This document shows positions 1 to 8,702 of a stretch of 64,000 nt of DNA, in pieces (the first letter of the stretch is position 1; every line of letters starts with the position of its first letter). The notes under the pieces are model-generated. The model searched no databases. It had not been told where the DNA came from and saw nothing but the letters and a program-made list of their open reading frames with translations. The DNA is taken from contig CALIXX010000002.1 in the NCBI GenBank assembly GCA_938046115.1, forward strand, positions 4,029-68,028, read 5' to 3'. A program made the translations under genes and the position numbers. This stretch comes from an uncultured Candidatus Saccharibacteria bacterium (GTDB lineage Bacteria; Patescibacteriota; Saccharimonadia; Saccharimonadales; Saccharimonadaceae).

Positions 1-922
1 TACGCACGGCAAGACGACGACGACTGGCATGCTAGTGTGGACGTTGCAGCAGCTTGGCGTGCCGGTGAGCTATCTGGTTGGCTCGACACTTAGTTTTGGC
101 CCGAGCGGTCGGTTTGATCCGGCTAGTCAGTTTTTGGTGTATGAATGCGATGAATTTGACCGCAATTTCCTCCACTTTTCGCCGTGGCTAAGCCTCATTA
201 CTTCAGTTGATTATGACCATCCTGACACCTTTCCGACGCCAGATGATTACCGAGCGGCGTTTCGGCAATTTGGTGAGCAATCGGTGCAGGTAGTCGCGTG
301 GCGAGAAGATGCCAGCGTATTTACGCCGGCTAATGTGACGGTGCTTGAACAGACTGATCCACACATAACGCTGGCTGGCGAACACAACCGGCGTAACGGC
401 ACGCTGGCAGCACGGGCAGCAATGCTGGTGCGAGAGGCGGCTGCCCTTGAAATTAAGGCTGAAGCGATTATCGCGGCGCTCAATGCCTTTCCAGGCACCG
501 GCCGACGCTTCGAGAAGCTAGCTGACAATCTCTACACCGACTATGGCCATCACCCATCGGAGATTGCCGCTACGCTGCAGCTGGCTCATGAGCTAAATGA
601 CCGCGTGGTGCTCGTCTACCAGCCACACCAAAATATTCGCCAGCACGAGGTTCGTGAGCGCTACACTGATGAGATTTTTATCCATGCTGACGAGATATAT
701 TGGCTGCCGACGTACTTGACCCGCGAAGACCCGAGCCTGCCGGTGCTGACGCCGGAGGAATTGACGCGCCAATTAACGACGGACAAGGTACATATCGCGC
801 AGCTGGATGAGGCGCTGTGGCACACGATTGAGCAGCAGCGAGCACGCGGTGCGCTGGTACTCGGTATGGGTGCCGGGACAATCGACGGGTGGCTGCGCGA
901 GCAGTTAGGCCGCAGCGCTTGA
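1..922 (+). CDS. murC: UDP-N-acetylmuramate--L-alanine ligase (MurC-type Mur ligase), N-terminus outside window
   Basis: The frame is open from nt 2 and reads THGKTTTTGM (Mur-ligase P-loop) ahead of the tracked Met at 29. Later Mur-ligase motifs are ECDEFDRNF, LAGEHNRRN, GTGRRFE and DYGHHPSEI. Confidence 0.85.
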   Translation, partial: THGKTTTTGMLVWTLQQLGVPVSYLVGSTLSFGPSGRFDPASQFLVYECDEFDRNFLHFSPWLSLITSVDYDHPDTFPTPDDYRAAFRQFGEQSVQVVAWREDASVFTPANVTVLEQTDPHITLAGEHNRRNGTLAARAAMLVREAAALEIKAEAIIAALNAFPGTGRRFEKLADNLYTDYGHHPSEIAATLQLAHELNDRVVLVYQPHQNIRQHEVRERYTDEIFIHADEIYWLPTYLTREDPSLPVLTPEELTRQLTTDKVHIAQLDEALWHTIEQQRARGALVLGMGAGTIDGWLREQLGRSA

Positions 923-937
923 TCACAAGTAGCCGGC

Positions 938-1597
938 CTATTCGTCAGACTCGCCACCAAGCGCCACCCGGATATCGTCATACGAAAATCCTTGACGGGC
1001 TAGATACGCCATGAACTTTTGCTGATCGCCAGCATACTTATAGCGTTTTTTAGCGATAATTTTTTGCAGCTCCTCGTCATCAGAGCGGATATTTTCGCTG
1101 ATTAGTTGCTCTATCGTCTCGCGCTCAATTCCCTTTTGCGCTAGTTCCAATTTTAGCCGCCTAACACTAGCCCCTTTTTGCATAAATCGATGTTCCAGCC
1201 AAAAGCGCGCAAACTTCTCATCATCGAGGTATTTTTTTTCAATCAGCCGCGCCAGCACCCGCTCGGTAATTTCCGGTTTCACGCCTGGACGCTCAGTAAT
1301 TTCACCAGTCTTTGGCGAGCGTTTCTTAGTCGGCCTAGTTTTACGCCACAGATAGTCACGCACTTCTTTAACCGAGCGCGGCCGCGTCAAGCAATACTCC
1401 ATGGCCCGGGCGTACAACTTACCAAACTGGCTCTCGTCCTCTAGCGCTGTCAGTTCGTCGTCGCTATATTCGCGCCCAACTTTAATCCCCAGCTCGCCCG
1501 CCTGAAAGACATCGAGGCTAAAGCGATACTCGCCGTCGACACTCACGTTAACGCGGTTTTTATCGCGAGCTTGGAGGGAGATGTTAGTGATTTTCAT
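938..1597 (-). CDS. recX: RecA regulator RecX
   Basis: RecX-like helical-repeat protein (KNRVNVSVDGEY..., YCLTRPRSVKEVRDYL, FWLEHRFMQKGAS) downstream of recA. Start moved to Met15 (MKITNISL) because the upstream codons are a TATAAT box. Confidence 0.85.
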   Translation of the reverse strand: MKITNISLQARDKNRVNVSVDGEYRFSLDVFQAGELGIKVGREYSDDELTALEDESQFGKLYARAMEYCLTRPRSVKEVRDYLWRKTRPTKKRSPKTGEITERPGVKPEITERVLARLIEKKYLDDEKFARFWLEHRFMQKGASVRRLKLELAQKGIERETIEQLISENIRSDDEELQKIIAKKRYKYAGDQQKFMAYLARQGFSYDDIRVALGGESDE

Positions 1598-1617
1598 GAA
1601 GCTATTATACCGCGAAG
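1598..1617 (-). promoter_or_regulatory. -10 box TATAAT (1604-1609) 6 nt upstream of the recX ATG, inside a 16-nt motif CTTCGCGGTATAATAG
   Basis: The minus strand reads CTTCGCGGTATAATAGCTTC-ATG with no Shine-Dalgarno. The identical 16-mer recurs at 25401-25416. Confidence 0.5.
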
Positions 1618-1642
1618 ACGGTGAGCTCGCTACTGGCAAAGA

Positions 1643-2167
1643 CTACTCGACTACTTTGACAACCTTACCGTACACGCCGTTGTAGCAAGCAGCAGCACGC
1701 GGCTCGGTGATGACCGGTAGTTGCCCTGGAATAGCGCTCATATTAACGTCGTCCAGCGTACCGGCCTCGACGCAACCAAGCGTGATGTGCGGGCGGAACC
1801 CATCAACATCCAGCCCTGGGTGAATACCATCCAGTGCCGCGAGTAATTGCTGGCGCGCCTCAACCATCCAGGCAGTTTTCTGCGTGCGCAGCTCCACCCA
1901 AACACAGTTGCCTGCTTTATCTGGCAGGAAATTAACTCCATCAAGCACCAACTTATCGAGGACGGGTAGCGCCGCAGCGGCTGCTTTGAGACGTGGCATA
2001 TCCCGCTCAGTCACGTTAATCAATGTCACGTGTGGGATAAACTCACCAAAGTCAAGGTTCATTGTTTCTGACAACTCGCGAAGATACGCGTTTTGCTCAT
2101 CATCAAAGACCAGACTGACTGACGCCATATGTTTTTCGACTGGATATGCAGTATCTGCTGCGCGCAT
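1643..2167 (-). CDS. 2H phosphoesterase superfamily protein (LigT/ThpR-like RNA 2',3'-cyclic phosphodiesterase)
   Basis: Two HxT motifs (PHVTL and PHITL) about 80 aa apart in a 174-aa protein. Its ATG overlaps the recA stop (TAATG). Confidence 0.7.
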   Translation of the reverse strand: MRAADTAYPVEKHMASVSLVFDDEQNAYLRELSETMNLDFGEFIPHVTLINVTERDMPRLKAAAAALPVLDKLVLDGVNFLPDKAGNCVWVELRTQKTAWMVEARQQLLAALDGIHPGLDVDGFRPHITLGCVEAGTLDDVNMSAIPGQLPVITEPRAAACYNGVYGKVVKVVE

Positions 2168-3189
2168 TAGTTTTCTCCTTCTTTCACTTTGTCGCGAACC
2201 TTCTGATCAATTTCCGTCAGGACCTCAGGATGTTCTTTCAGGTACAACTTAGTTTTATCGCGACCCTGACCGATGGTCTCGCCGTTATATTTGTAAAAGG
2301 CACCAGATTTTTCAACAATGCCGTGCGTAGCTGCCAAATCCAGAATGTCGCCAGTCTTAGAAATGCCTTCATTATACATAATGTCGAACTCAGCGATGCG
2401 GAAAGGCGGCGCAATCTTGTTTTTTACCACCTTTACCTTCGTGCGGTTACCGCGAATGTCATCACCCACTTTGATCTGCCCAATCCGGCGGATATCCACC
2501 CGCTGCGAGGCATAGAACTTGAGCGCATTACCACCGGTCGTTGTCTCAGGATTGCCAAACATTACGCCGATCTTCATGCGAATCTGGTTGATGAAAATGA
2601 CGGTTGCTTTGCTCTTGTTGATAATCCCCGTTAGCTTACGTAGTGCTTGGCTCATCAAGCGAGCCTGGAGGCCCATATGCGAATCACCCATGTCGCCGTC
2701 AATTTCGGCTTGGGGTGTCAATGCTGCCACCGAGTCTACGACAATAAGGTCAACAGCGTTCGACCGCACCAGCGTCTCTGTTATCTCCAGCGCCTGCTCA
2801 CCATTGTCTGGCTGCGACACCAAAAGGTTGTCTGTATCGACACCAAGCTTTTTGGCATAGCTTGGGTCGAGCGCATGCTCGGCATCAACAAAGGCCGCCG
2901 TGCCACCCTGTTTCTGAATCTCGGCAATGGCATGCAACGTGAGTGTCGTCTTACCGCTACTCTCTGGCCCATAAATCTCGATAATGCGCCCCTTGGGGTA
3001 GCCACCGCCCAGCGCAAGATCGAGGCTCAGCGAGCCAGACGGAATCACTGCTACATCTGCCTGATGGAATTCACCAAGCTTCATAATGGCACCATCGCCA
3101 AATTGTTTTGTAATCTGATCCATCGCGAGGCCAAGCGCTTTGAGCTTGCCGTCGTCTGTGGTTTGTGTCGTATTCGATTGTTTGGTCAT
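2167..3189 (-). CDS. recA: Recombinase RecA
   Basis: Walker [10 protein letters not shown] plus [43 protein letters not shown]. Start set at MTKQSN, preceded by GAAGGAGAGGGG; the longer tracked ORF reads through the promoter. Confidence 0.97.
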   Translation of the reverse strand: MTKQSNTTQTTDDGKLKALGLAMDQITKQFGDGAIMKLGEFHQADVAVIPSGSLSLDLALGGGYPKGRIIEIYGPESSGKTTLTLHAIAEIQKQGGTAAFVDAEHALDPSYAKKLGVDTDNLLVSQPDNGEQALEITETLVRSNAVDLIVVDSVAALTPQAEIDGDMGDSHMGLQARLMSQALRKLTGIINKSKATVIFINQIRMKIGVMFGNPETTTGGNALKFYASQRVDIRRIGQIKVGDDIRGNRTKVKVVKNKIAPPFRIAEFDIMYNEGISKTGDILDLAATHGIVEKSGAFYKYNGETIGQGRDKTKLYLKEHPEVLTEIDQKVRDKVKEGEN

Positions 3190-3213
3190 ACGTCCCCTCT
3201 CCTTCAAGAATTT

Positions 3214-3222
3214 ATTATACCA
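3214..3222 (-). promoter_or_regulatory. Extended -10 (TGGTATAAT) of the recA promoter
   Basis: The minus strand reads TTCTGGTATAATAAATTCTTGAAGGAGAGGGGACGT-ATG. GGACAA lies 16 nt upstream as a weak -35. Confidence 0.5.
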
Positions 3223-3380
3223 GAATCTCTTGCCGTTGTCCGCGTGGAGATTGGTTTGCATTTACGAAGCCTCAATATCACCGATTTATTTATTGTATAT
3301 AACCTCTAGCTTCCACAACTCTACCGGTATGGAGCGTTAAACAGCAACGGGCCTTTTGAAGACATTTTTCGTGGTAGACA

Positions 3381-3389
3381 TGCTATAAT
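3381..3389 (+). promoter_or_regulatory. Extended -10 (TGCTATAAT) 6 nt upstream of the pilin ATG (leaderless-type)
   Basis: TGCTATAAT-AACACT-ATG, with no Shine-Dalgarno. Confidence 0.5.
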
Positions 3390-3395
3390 AACACT

Positions 3396-3794
3396 ATGAA
3401 GGCACGTAAAGGATTTACCGTTATTGAGCTCATCGTCGTGATCGCTCTGCTTGCAACGGGCAGCTGGCTCTTTTTCAGCGAGAAAATCGCGACCGAAGCG
3501 ACGCAGCGTGACAACCAGCGCAAGACCGCCATTAACGCAATGTACTATAGCCTGGAAGAAGTGTATTTTGAAAAAAATAACCACTACCCCAACACGATCG
3601 ATAGCAAGACGCTACGTTCAGTTGACCCATCGCTCTTTACCGATCCAAATGGCCACAAGCTTGGCAGCGCCCAGTCTAGCTACCACTACAGTGGAACCGA
3701 CTGCACCACCGACAACCAGTGCAAAGGCTACAAACTCACCGCCAACTTAGAGCGTGAGGCAGACTACACCAAGACTAACCGCAATAATACCTAA
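3396..3794 (+). CDS. Type IV pilin / pseudopilin with prepilin N-terminal methylation motif
   Basis: N-terminus MKARKG|FTVIELIVVIALLA matches the class III signal peptide (G/FTxxE) followed by a hydrophobic helix. Confidence 0.75.
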   Translation: MKARKGFTVIELIVVIALLATGSWLFFSEKIATEATQRDNQRKTAINAMYYSLEEVYFEKNNHYPNTIDSKTLRSVDPSLFTDPNGHKLGSAQSSYHYSGTDCTTDNQCKGYKLTANLEREADYTKTNRNNT

Positions 3795-3815
3795 GTCTCT
3801 ATTATATAGATATGC

Positions 3816-3849
3816 AAAAAATACCAAGCTTTGTTTGCTCGGTGTTTTT
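3816..3849. terminator. Bidirectional hairpin terminator between the convergent pilin and PH-domain genes
   Basis: An 11-bp stem with one mismatch (AAATACCAAGC / GCTCGGTGTTT) and a 7-nt loop, flanked by an A-run on the left and a T-run on the right. Confidence 0.45.
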
Positions 3850-3869
3850 ATCATCAACGTCTGCTAGTA

Positions 3870-4634
3870 TTAGTCATTTGCCACTGGCCGGCCGTTCTTA
3901 AAGTCCTCCACCGCATTATTGAGCGTCGCAATTTCTTGCTTGGGGTTGGCTACAAATGAGAAGCGATAGGTCGTCTCATCGCCCTCCGTACTGAGGCGAA
4001 TAGAGCCATAATTAAACATCGCTTGGAGGACACCACGCTGGTTGTAGCTGGCATCTTCGATATTCATCAGGCTGACCGTTTGCTCGGTGTGTGAAAAAAT
4101 ACTGGTCTGGATCTCTTGGATAACACTCTCATTTGTTAGATAAAACATATTGCGCGTATAAACCCAGACCGACACATAGCCACCAAGAATAAAGGCCAAG
4201 ATGAGCGCCATACACAGCAACATAAATGACCCAGAAGCAGAAGTTGGTAGGTGGAGGAGGTCAAAAATATAATCGTAATTAAACATCAGTGCCAAGACAA
4301 TACTCGTCATCAAGGTCGACATAACAATCGCTGGCAGCATGCCAATTGGGTGGCGACGCACTACACTAATGATGTATTCTTGCTCACTCAGGTTGAGATT
4401 CGGAAAAGCCATGACTGATTCATCATGGCGGCGGCGCACCTCTGATGACATCCGTGGCAGGTTCGCTTCTGGGCGCGGCGCATGGTAGTGAGGAGCACCT
4501 TCTTTGCCGCTCACATCATAGAGTGTACTGCTCGCGCGTGGTGCCGTGGGCGGCTCGGCATAGAGTGGGTTACCATCGACATCATAGGCGACGGGCCGTG
4601 GTGGATCATTGCGTTGCAATCGTTGTGAATTCAT
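3870..4634 (-). CDS. Membrane protein with bacterial PH (bPH_2/DUF304, YdbS/YdbT-like) domain and Pro-rich N-terminus
   Basis: Two TM helices are followed by a segment of about 90 aa (YLTNESVIQEIQTSIFSHTEQTVSLMNIEDASYNQRG...IRLSTEGD) resembling bPH_2. Assignment is by eye only. Confidence 0.5.
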   Translation of the reverse strand: MNSQRLQRNDPPRPVAYDVDGNPLYAEPPTAPRASSTLYDVSGKEGAPHYHAPRPEANLPRMSSEVRRRHDESVMAFPNLNLSEQEYIISVVRRHPIGMLPAIVMSTLMTSIVLALMFNYDYIFDLLHLPTSASGSFMLLCMALILAFILGGYVSVWVYTRNMFYLTNESVIQEIQTSIFSHTEQTVSLMNIEDASYNQRGVLQAMFNYGSIRLSTEGDETTYRFSFVANPKQEIATLNNAVEDFKNGRPVAND

Positions 4635-4640
4635 GGGTAT

Positions 4641-4649
4641 ATTGTAGCA
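4641..4649 (-). promoter_or_regulatory. Extended -10 (TGCTACAAT) 6 nt upstream of the ATG at 4634
   Basis: The minus strand reads TGCTACAAT-ATACCC-ATG. Confidence 0.45.
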
Positions 4650-4676
4650 TATCTTGGGCTCATCACCTCACGCCTC

Positions 4677-5684
4677 TTACTCCATTGCGCGGCCAAGATG
4701 CTGTCGTGCTCGTGGTGTCACCCGCCGGCCTCGCGGCGTCCGCTCAATAAAGCCAATTTGCAAGAGATATGGCTCATAGAAGTCTTCGATCGTCGTTGTC
4801 TCGTCACCTGTCAGAGCAGCAATTGTCGTCAGACCAACCGGGCTATCGCCATAGGTATCGAGCATCGAGAGCAGCAGGTTACGGTCGGCTGGGTCGAGGC
4901 CAAGCTCGTCAACTTCCAGCAGGGTTAGCGCTTGTGTTGTCGTTACTACATCAATAATACCATCGCCGTTTACATCCGCATAGTCACGCACCCGCTTAAG
5001 CAAGCGGTTAGCAATCCGTGGTGTGAGGCGCGCTCTCGTGGAGAGTAATCGCGACGCCTCTGGCTTGATGCGCGTCTCGAGAATAGTCGCTGCCCGCGTG
5101 ATAATCTGCGCAATCTCCTCTGGAGTGTAAAACTCCAAACGATAGATATGCCCAAACCGATCACGCAATGGCGCTGCAAGACTCCCCGTCCGTGTCGTCG
5201 CGCCAATCACTGTAAAGCGTGGTAGATCGAGCCGGACACTGCGGGCCGCTGGCCCTTTGCCAATGACGATATCGAGCTTAAAATCCTCCATTGCCGAGTA
5301 TAAAATCTCTTCCACGGCCCGTCCCAAGCGATGGATCTCATCAATAAACAACACATCACCATCATTGAGGTTAGTCAAGATCGATGCTAAGTCGCCCGCT
5401 TTCTCGATCGCAGGGCCACTGGTGACTCGCAAGCCAGCTCCCATTTCGTTGGCAATCACCGCCGCCATCGTCGTCTTGCCAAGGCCAGGTGGGCCATAGA
5501 GCAAGACATGGTCGATCGGCTCACCACGCTTCTTGGCTGCCGCAATTGCCAACTGCAAATTCTTCTTCAGTCGCTCCTGCCCCACATACTCCGCAAAGCG
5601 CTGTGGTCGCAGCGTCACCTCAATGCGTTGCTCCTCGCTATCATCCGCGTGGCTACTAGTATCAACAATTCGTTCTATCGCCAT
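4677..5684 (-). CDS. ruvB: Holliday junction branch migration helicase RuvB
   Basis: [13 protein letters not shown], Walker [10 protein letters not shown], Walker [10 protein letters not shown], and the C-terminal winged-helix region [17 protein letters not shown]. Confidence 0.97.
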   Translation of the reverse strand: MAIERIVDTSSHADDSEEQRIEVTLRPQRFAEYVGQERLKKNLQLAIAAAKKRGEPIDHVLLYGPPGLGKTTMAAVIANEMGAGLRVTSGPAIEKAGDLASILTNLNDGDVLFIDEIHRLGRAVEEILYSAMEDFKLDIVIGKGPAARSVRLDLPRFTVIGATTRTGSLAAPLRDRFGHIYRLEFYTPEEIAQIITRAATILETRIKPEASRLLSTRARLTPRIANRLLKRVRDYADVNGDGIIDVVTTTQALTLLEVDELGLDPADRNLLLSMLDTYGDSPVGLTTIAALTGDETTTIEDFYEPYLLQIGFIERTPRGRRVTPRARQHLGRAME

Positions 5685-5690
5685 AGGTTT

Positions 5691-5699
5691 ATTATATCA
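5691..5699 (-). promoter_or_regulatory. Extended -10 (TGATATAAT) 6 nt upstream of the ruvB ATG
   Basis: The minus strand reads TGATATAAT-AAACCT-ATG, with no Shine-Dalgarno. Confidence 0.5.
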
Positions 5700-5778
5700 T
5701 TGGTGATGCATGATAAATTATCTATGCGATTTTTTACGAAGATAAACAAAGTACCTTGTATTACTTCCGCTGGTTGCC

Positions 5779-6246
5779 TTAAGACTGTGGTAAGTTCTCT
5801 TGCACCGCAAGGACAATCTTGCCAAACAGCTCCTCGCTCACACGGTGCTCACCACTCTCTAGATGCCGTGGCCACTTTGGATCAGGGAATTCCTCCCCCG
5901 CAAAGTGTGTACCGTTAGCATAGCGCGGGTAGAGGTGCCAGTGCACATGGGTCGACTGCCCAGCCTTGACGGCATTGTTCATCAGGCATTCCCAGTTGCA
6001 CACGTCTGCACCAAAGGCCTGAGTAATTGCGTGCTCCATGCTGCGGATCACTACGTGGAGCTCGCGCCAATCGGTCTCATCGAGCTCACTAAGTGATGAC
6101 TTGTGCTCACGTAGCGTCACAAACCCCTTGCCTAGATATAGCTGATTACGATCGAGCACCGCATTCCATCGATCGGTTCGCATGACCACCGCTGGGTCAT
6201 CAATTGTTTGCTCTGCCACAAATGGGCAGATGTCACAGTTTTTCAT
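5779..6246 (-). CDS. HIT family nucleotide hydrolase/transferase
   Basis: Histidine triad STHVHWHLYPR. Start set at MKNCDICPF, preceded by a strong SD (AAGGAGGTGA). Confidence 0.85.
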   Translation of the reverse strand: MKNCDICPFVAEQTIDDPAVVMRTDRWNAVLDRNQLYLGKGFVTLREHKSSLSELDETDWRELHVVIRSMEHAITQAFGADVCNWECLMNNAVKAGQSTHVHWHLYPRYANGTHFAGEEFPDPKWPRHLESGEHRVSEELFGKIVLAVQENLPQS

Positions 6247-6299
6247 TTTTATCACCTCCTTCTCTTGCTCTATTGTAGAGGAGAAGATGCTGCTTGTCA

Positions 6300-7049
6300 T
6301 TACTGATTATTCTGTCGCTTAAGCCACGGGTTGCTCATTTCCATAATGCGCTTAAGGTGAGATTTAAGAGTATCCAATCGTTTTTGGATTTCGTCCTCAG
6401 CAATACCAAGTGATTGAAAGTCATTCTCCAATGACTCCATATATTTTGGCAAGAAATCTGCCTCAAACTTCTGGAAGTTCTCCCATGACATTTTTGGGTG
6501 CTCCTCATCGTGAAATGCCTCAGCACCGCGCCAGAATGTCTCCCAATCAGCTGTCATATAGGCCATATCAGCGTGATGGAGTAGCTTCGCCTCGGGTGTA
6601 TCACGTTGCTGGAGTGAGGGCGCCATAATTGTACCTCTAATGGCTCGATCGAGGAAAGCAATATCGTGATCAGTCAGGTCAATCTTATTGCTTTTGATAT
6701 CTTCCTTCATGAGTGCTATTGCATATTCTTCCTTCGTCGGATACGCCTGAGCCTCATCATCGTCAAAACCGGCATCATGCCAAGCCGCTGCTAAGCCAAG
6801 GAGGTCTTTTTGCCATGGAGTGATCACACGTGGATAGCTATCATCAGGCAAAAGCTCTACAAGCTCGCCAACTGCCTCCATCACATCTTTCATGTGGCCA
6901 GGATGGTGGTAAGGTAGCTTAGGATAGCGCTCACTAGCGCGATCTACTGACCCTTCAAAGGCTTTTGTATAATGCTCCTTTGACTGGCTAATCGATTCAT
7001 GTACACTATCAACCTGAGAATTAGAGGAATGAGGAAATTTATCAAACAT
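6300..7049 (-). CDS. HD-domain metal-dependent phosphohydrolase (paralog 1)
   Basis: PYHHPGHMKDV ... AAAWHDAGFDD ... LLHHADMAY. These motifs are shared with the ORF at 7740-8396. Confidence 0.65.
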   Translation of the reverse strand: MFDKFPHSSNSQVDSVHESISQSKEHYTKAFEGSVDRASERYPKLPYHHPGHMKDVMEAVGELVELLPDDSYPRVITPWQKDLLGLAAAWHDAGFDDDEAQAYPTKEEYAIALMKEDIKSNKIDLTDHDIAFLDRAIRGTIMAPSLQQRDTPEAKLLHHADMAYMTADWETFWRGAEAFHDEEHPKMSWENFQKFEADFLPKYMESLENDFQSLGIAEDEIQKRLDTLKSHLKRIMEMSNPWLKRQNNQ

Positions 7050-7118
7050 AGATGTCCTATTATATGGGTAAATTCATCAGTTGTCAACAGAGGTGCCTAT
7101 ACACCTCAGCTGTGGGTA

Positions 7119-7688
7119 TTATAACCGACGAACTTTTTTGCCAGTCGGCTTGCCAACTCCACGCAGATGCGGTACTGTTGTAGCTGCAACAACGCCAGCC
7201 GCTATACCGCCTGCGAGGCGCGTCCGCCCGGGTTTACCGCGTGCCGCTACAATGGCAAAAGCCGCCGTAGCGATATTAGCGGCTCGTTTGTAGCGCCCAC
7301 CCTTGGTCACCTCACCAGTTTTTGCCAGATGGTAGGCATTGGCTGCGCCAGTTGCTGCCTGCCCAAGGGCAACGGCAGCAATTCCCGCTCGCGCCTCAGG
7401 ATAGCGCTTGCCTAACTCATACATTACACGCACCACAGCAGCTGTGTCTACTACGCCGTCAGTCACACGGCGCAGTGGCGTATCATCAAGAATTTGCCCA
7501 TCAGCAACATCAGCCACCATAAAAGCTGCAAGCGCAGGCCCAATCGGCTTGCCGTCACGTGCCTGCCGGGCAATATATTCTACGCCACCATAGCGCAGGG
7601 CCGTTAGTCCCACACTCGCCATTTCTCTTAGGCGAGATACATGATGCGTATCAGGCTTCTCCGAATTTTTCTGCTCAGGATTTCTCAC
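7119..7688 (-). CDS. Hypothetical Ala/Gly-rich protein, possibly membrane-associated
   Basis: Long ORF with a GTG start between the two HD paralogs. It has hydrophobic A/G-rich segments. No family recognised. Confidence 0.4.
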   Translation of the reverse strand: MRNPEQKNSEKPDTHHVSRLREMASVGLTALRYGGVEYIARQARDGKPIGPALAAFMVADVADGQILDDTPLRRVTDGVVDTAAVVRVMYELGKRYPEARAGIAAVALGQAATGAANAYHLAKTGEVTKGGRYKRAANIATAAFAIVAARGKPGRTRLAGGIAAGVVAATTVPHLRGVGKPTGKKVRRL

Positions 7689-7739
7689 ACTATGTGCTAG
7701 TATCTCATATTTTTTGCATTGTTGCTACTGCATGCAATA

Positions 7740-8396
7740 TTATTTTGCAGTATGAGCTACTGGCTCTGGCATACGCACAAATTGTTCCATATGCTGCTGC
7801 AGTGCCGCACAATACTGGCCAATAACAGATGGAGCAATACCTAGCAGCAAACCATCTGTCTGCATCTCTGCTAAACATATTGCAAAGAAGCGCTGCTGCC
7901 TCTGCAAAAACTCTACCCATGGGGTATCTGGTTGCTCCTCTACCCGATAAGCCATCGTGCCCCGCCAAAATGTTTGCCAATCTGCAAAGAGAAACCCGAT
8001 GTCGGCCAAATGAAGCAACTTAGCCTCAAGGGTGCTGCGCTGCAGTGGTGGCACAACGATCGTACCAAGTATTGCTCGCTCCACAAAGGCATAGGCCTCG
8101 CTATCTAGCTCAAGCCCTTCTCTTTGGCTGTCTTGTACAAACAATGCAACTGAGTATGCCTCTTTGCACCAGTATTCTTTGGCTGCAGCATGGTCGTAAC
8201 CAGCATCATGCCAGGCCGCTGCTATAACGAGAAGTTCATGCTGCTGAGTCGAAAATGTATATCGAGGTACAAGGCGTATCAGTTCTTTTGTCATTTGCAC
8301 CACATCATCCATATGTTGCGCGTTATGGTATGGTAGCGATGGATAAGCCTGACGAGCACGCTGCACTGTAGCCGACAACAAAGAGGTACTATTCAT
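7740..8396 (-). CDS. HD-domain metal-dependent phosphohydrolase (paralog 2)
   Basis: PYHNAQHMDDV ... AAAWHDAGYDH ... LLHLADIGF ... TFWRG. Start set at the ATG (MNSTSLL) because the tracked GTG at 8405 sits 1 nt from the predicted -10 box. Confidence 0.65.
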   Translation of the reverse strand: MNSTSLLSATVQRARQAYPSLPYHNAQHMDDVVQMTKELIRLVPRYTFSTQQHELLVIAAAWHDAGYDHAAAKEYWCKEAYSVALFVQDSQREGLELDSEAYAFVERAILGTIVVPPLQRSTLEAKLLHLADIGFLFADWQTFWRGTMAYRVEEQPDTPWVEFLQRQQRFFAICLAEMQTDGLLLGIAPSVIGQYCAALQQHMEQFVRMPEPVAHTAK

Positions 8397-8406
8397 AATA
8401 GTCACT

Positions 8407-8435
8407 ATCGTATTACACTGTTGTCAGTATGTCAA
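8407..8435 (-). promoter_or_regulatory. Sigma70-like promoter TTGACA-N17-TACGAT for HD paralog 2
   Basis: -35 is at 8430-8435 and -10 at 8407-8412 (minus strand). The ATG lies 10 nt downstream of the -10. Confidence 0.45.
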
Positions 8436-8702
8436 GTTACTGATATTATGCCAAATCCTCAGCAACTATTACACTTCTCACTATTTTCTCGATAGAGTAT
8501 GATTCCCTTACATAATAACGAGGTTTGGTTCTAGCACTCAGAGATTGGTATCTTAAGAAAGACGATTGATTCCCTAAAAGGAATTTCAAAGAAAATATTA
8601 GTTCAAGTAGGTAACGCTTTGCTTGTTCAACGCAAGAAATGTTTTTCATCACCAAGAGTTTTAGCAATTTACAACACTATTCTCTGTTGATATCAATGCG
8701 GC

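Noticed and set aside
2167-3261. The longer N-terminal extensions given by the ORF track for recA, recX, the permease, rfbB, the deacetylase, the 17283 membrane protein and others.
   Set aside because: The extra codons translate promoter elements: FWYN is TGGTATAAT and SRYN is GCTATAAT. Conserved protein N-termini and SD or leaderless geometry support the downstream ATGs.
3190-3262. An SOS (LexA) box upstream of recA, considered because a LexA-like protein is encoded in the window.
   Set aside because: No CTGT-N8-ACAG-type or CGAAC-N4-GTTCG-type palindrome is visible near the recA, ruvA or ruvC promoters. The LexA-like protein also lacks the cleavable domain.
7119-7688. A CDP-alcohol phosphatidyltransferase assignment for the Ala/Gly-rich protein between the HD paralogs.
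   Set aside because: The segment DVADGQILDDTPLRRVTDGVVD only partly fits D-x2-DG-x2-AR-x8-G-x3-D-x3-D. The AR, the G spacing and the last Asp are wrong. It is left as hypothetical.
8446-8667. A 73-aa ORF in the ruvA/HD2 spacer.
   Set aside because: It has low-complexity, Leu/Ser/Lys-rich composition, no SD or -10 box in the right place, and no motif. It is probably a chance ORF in AT-rich DNA.
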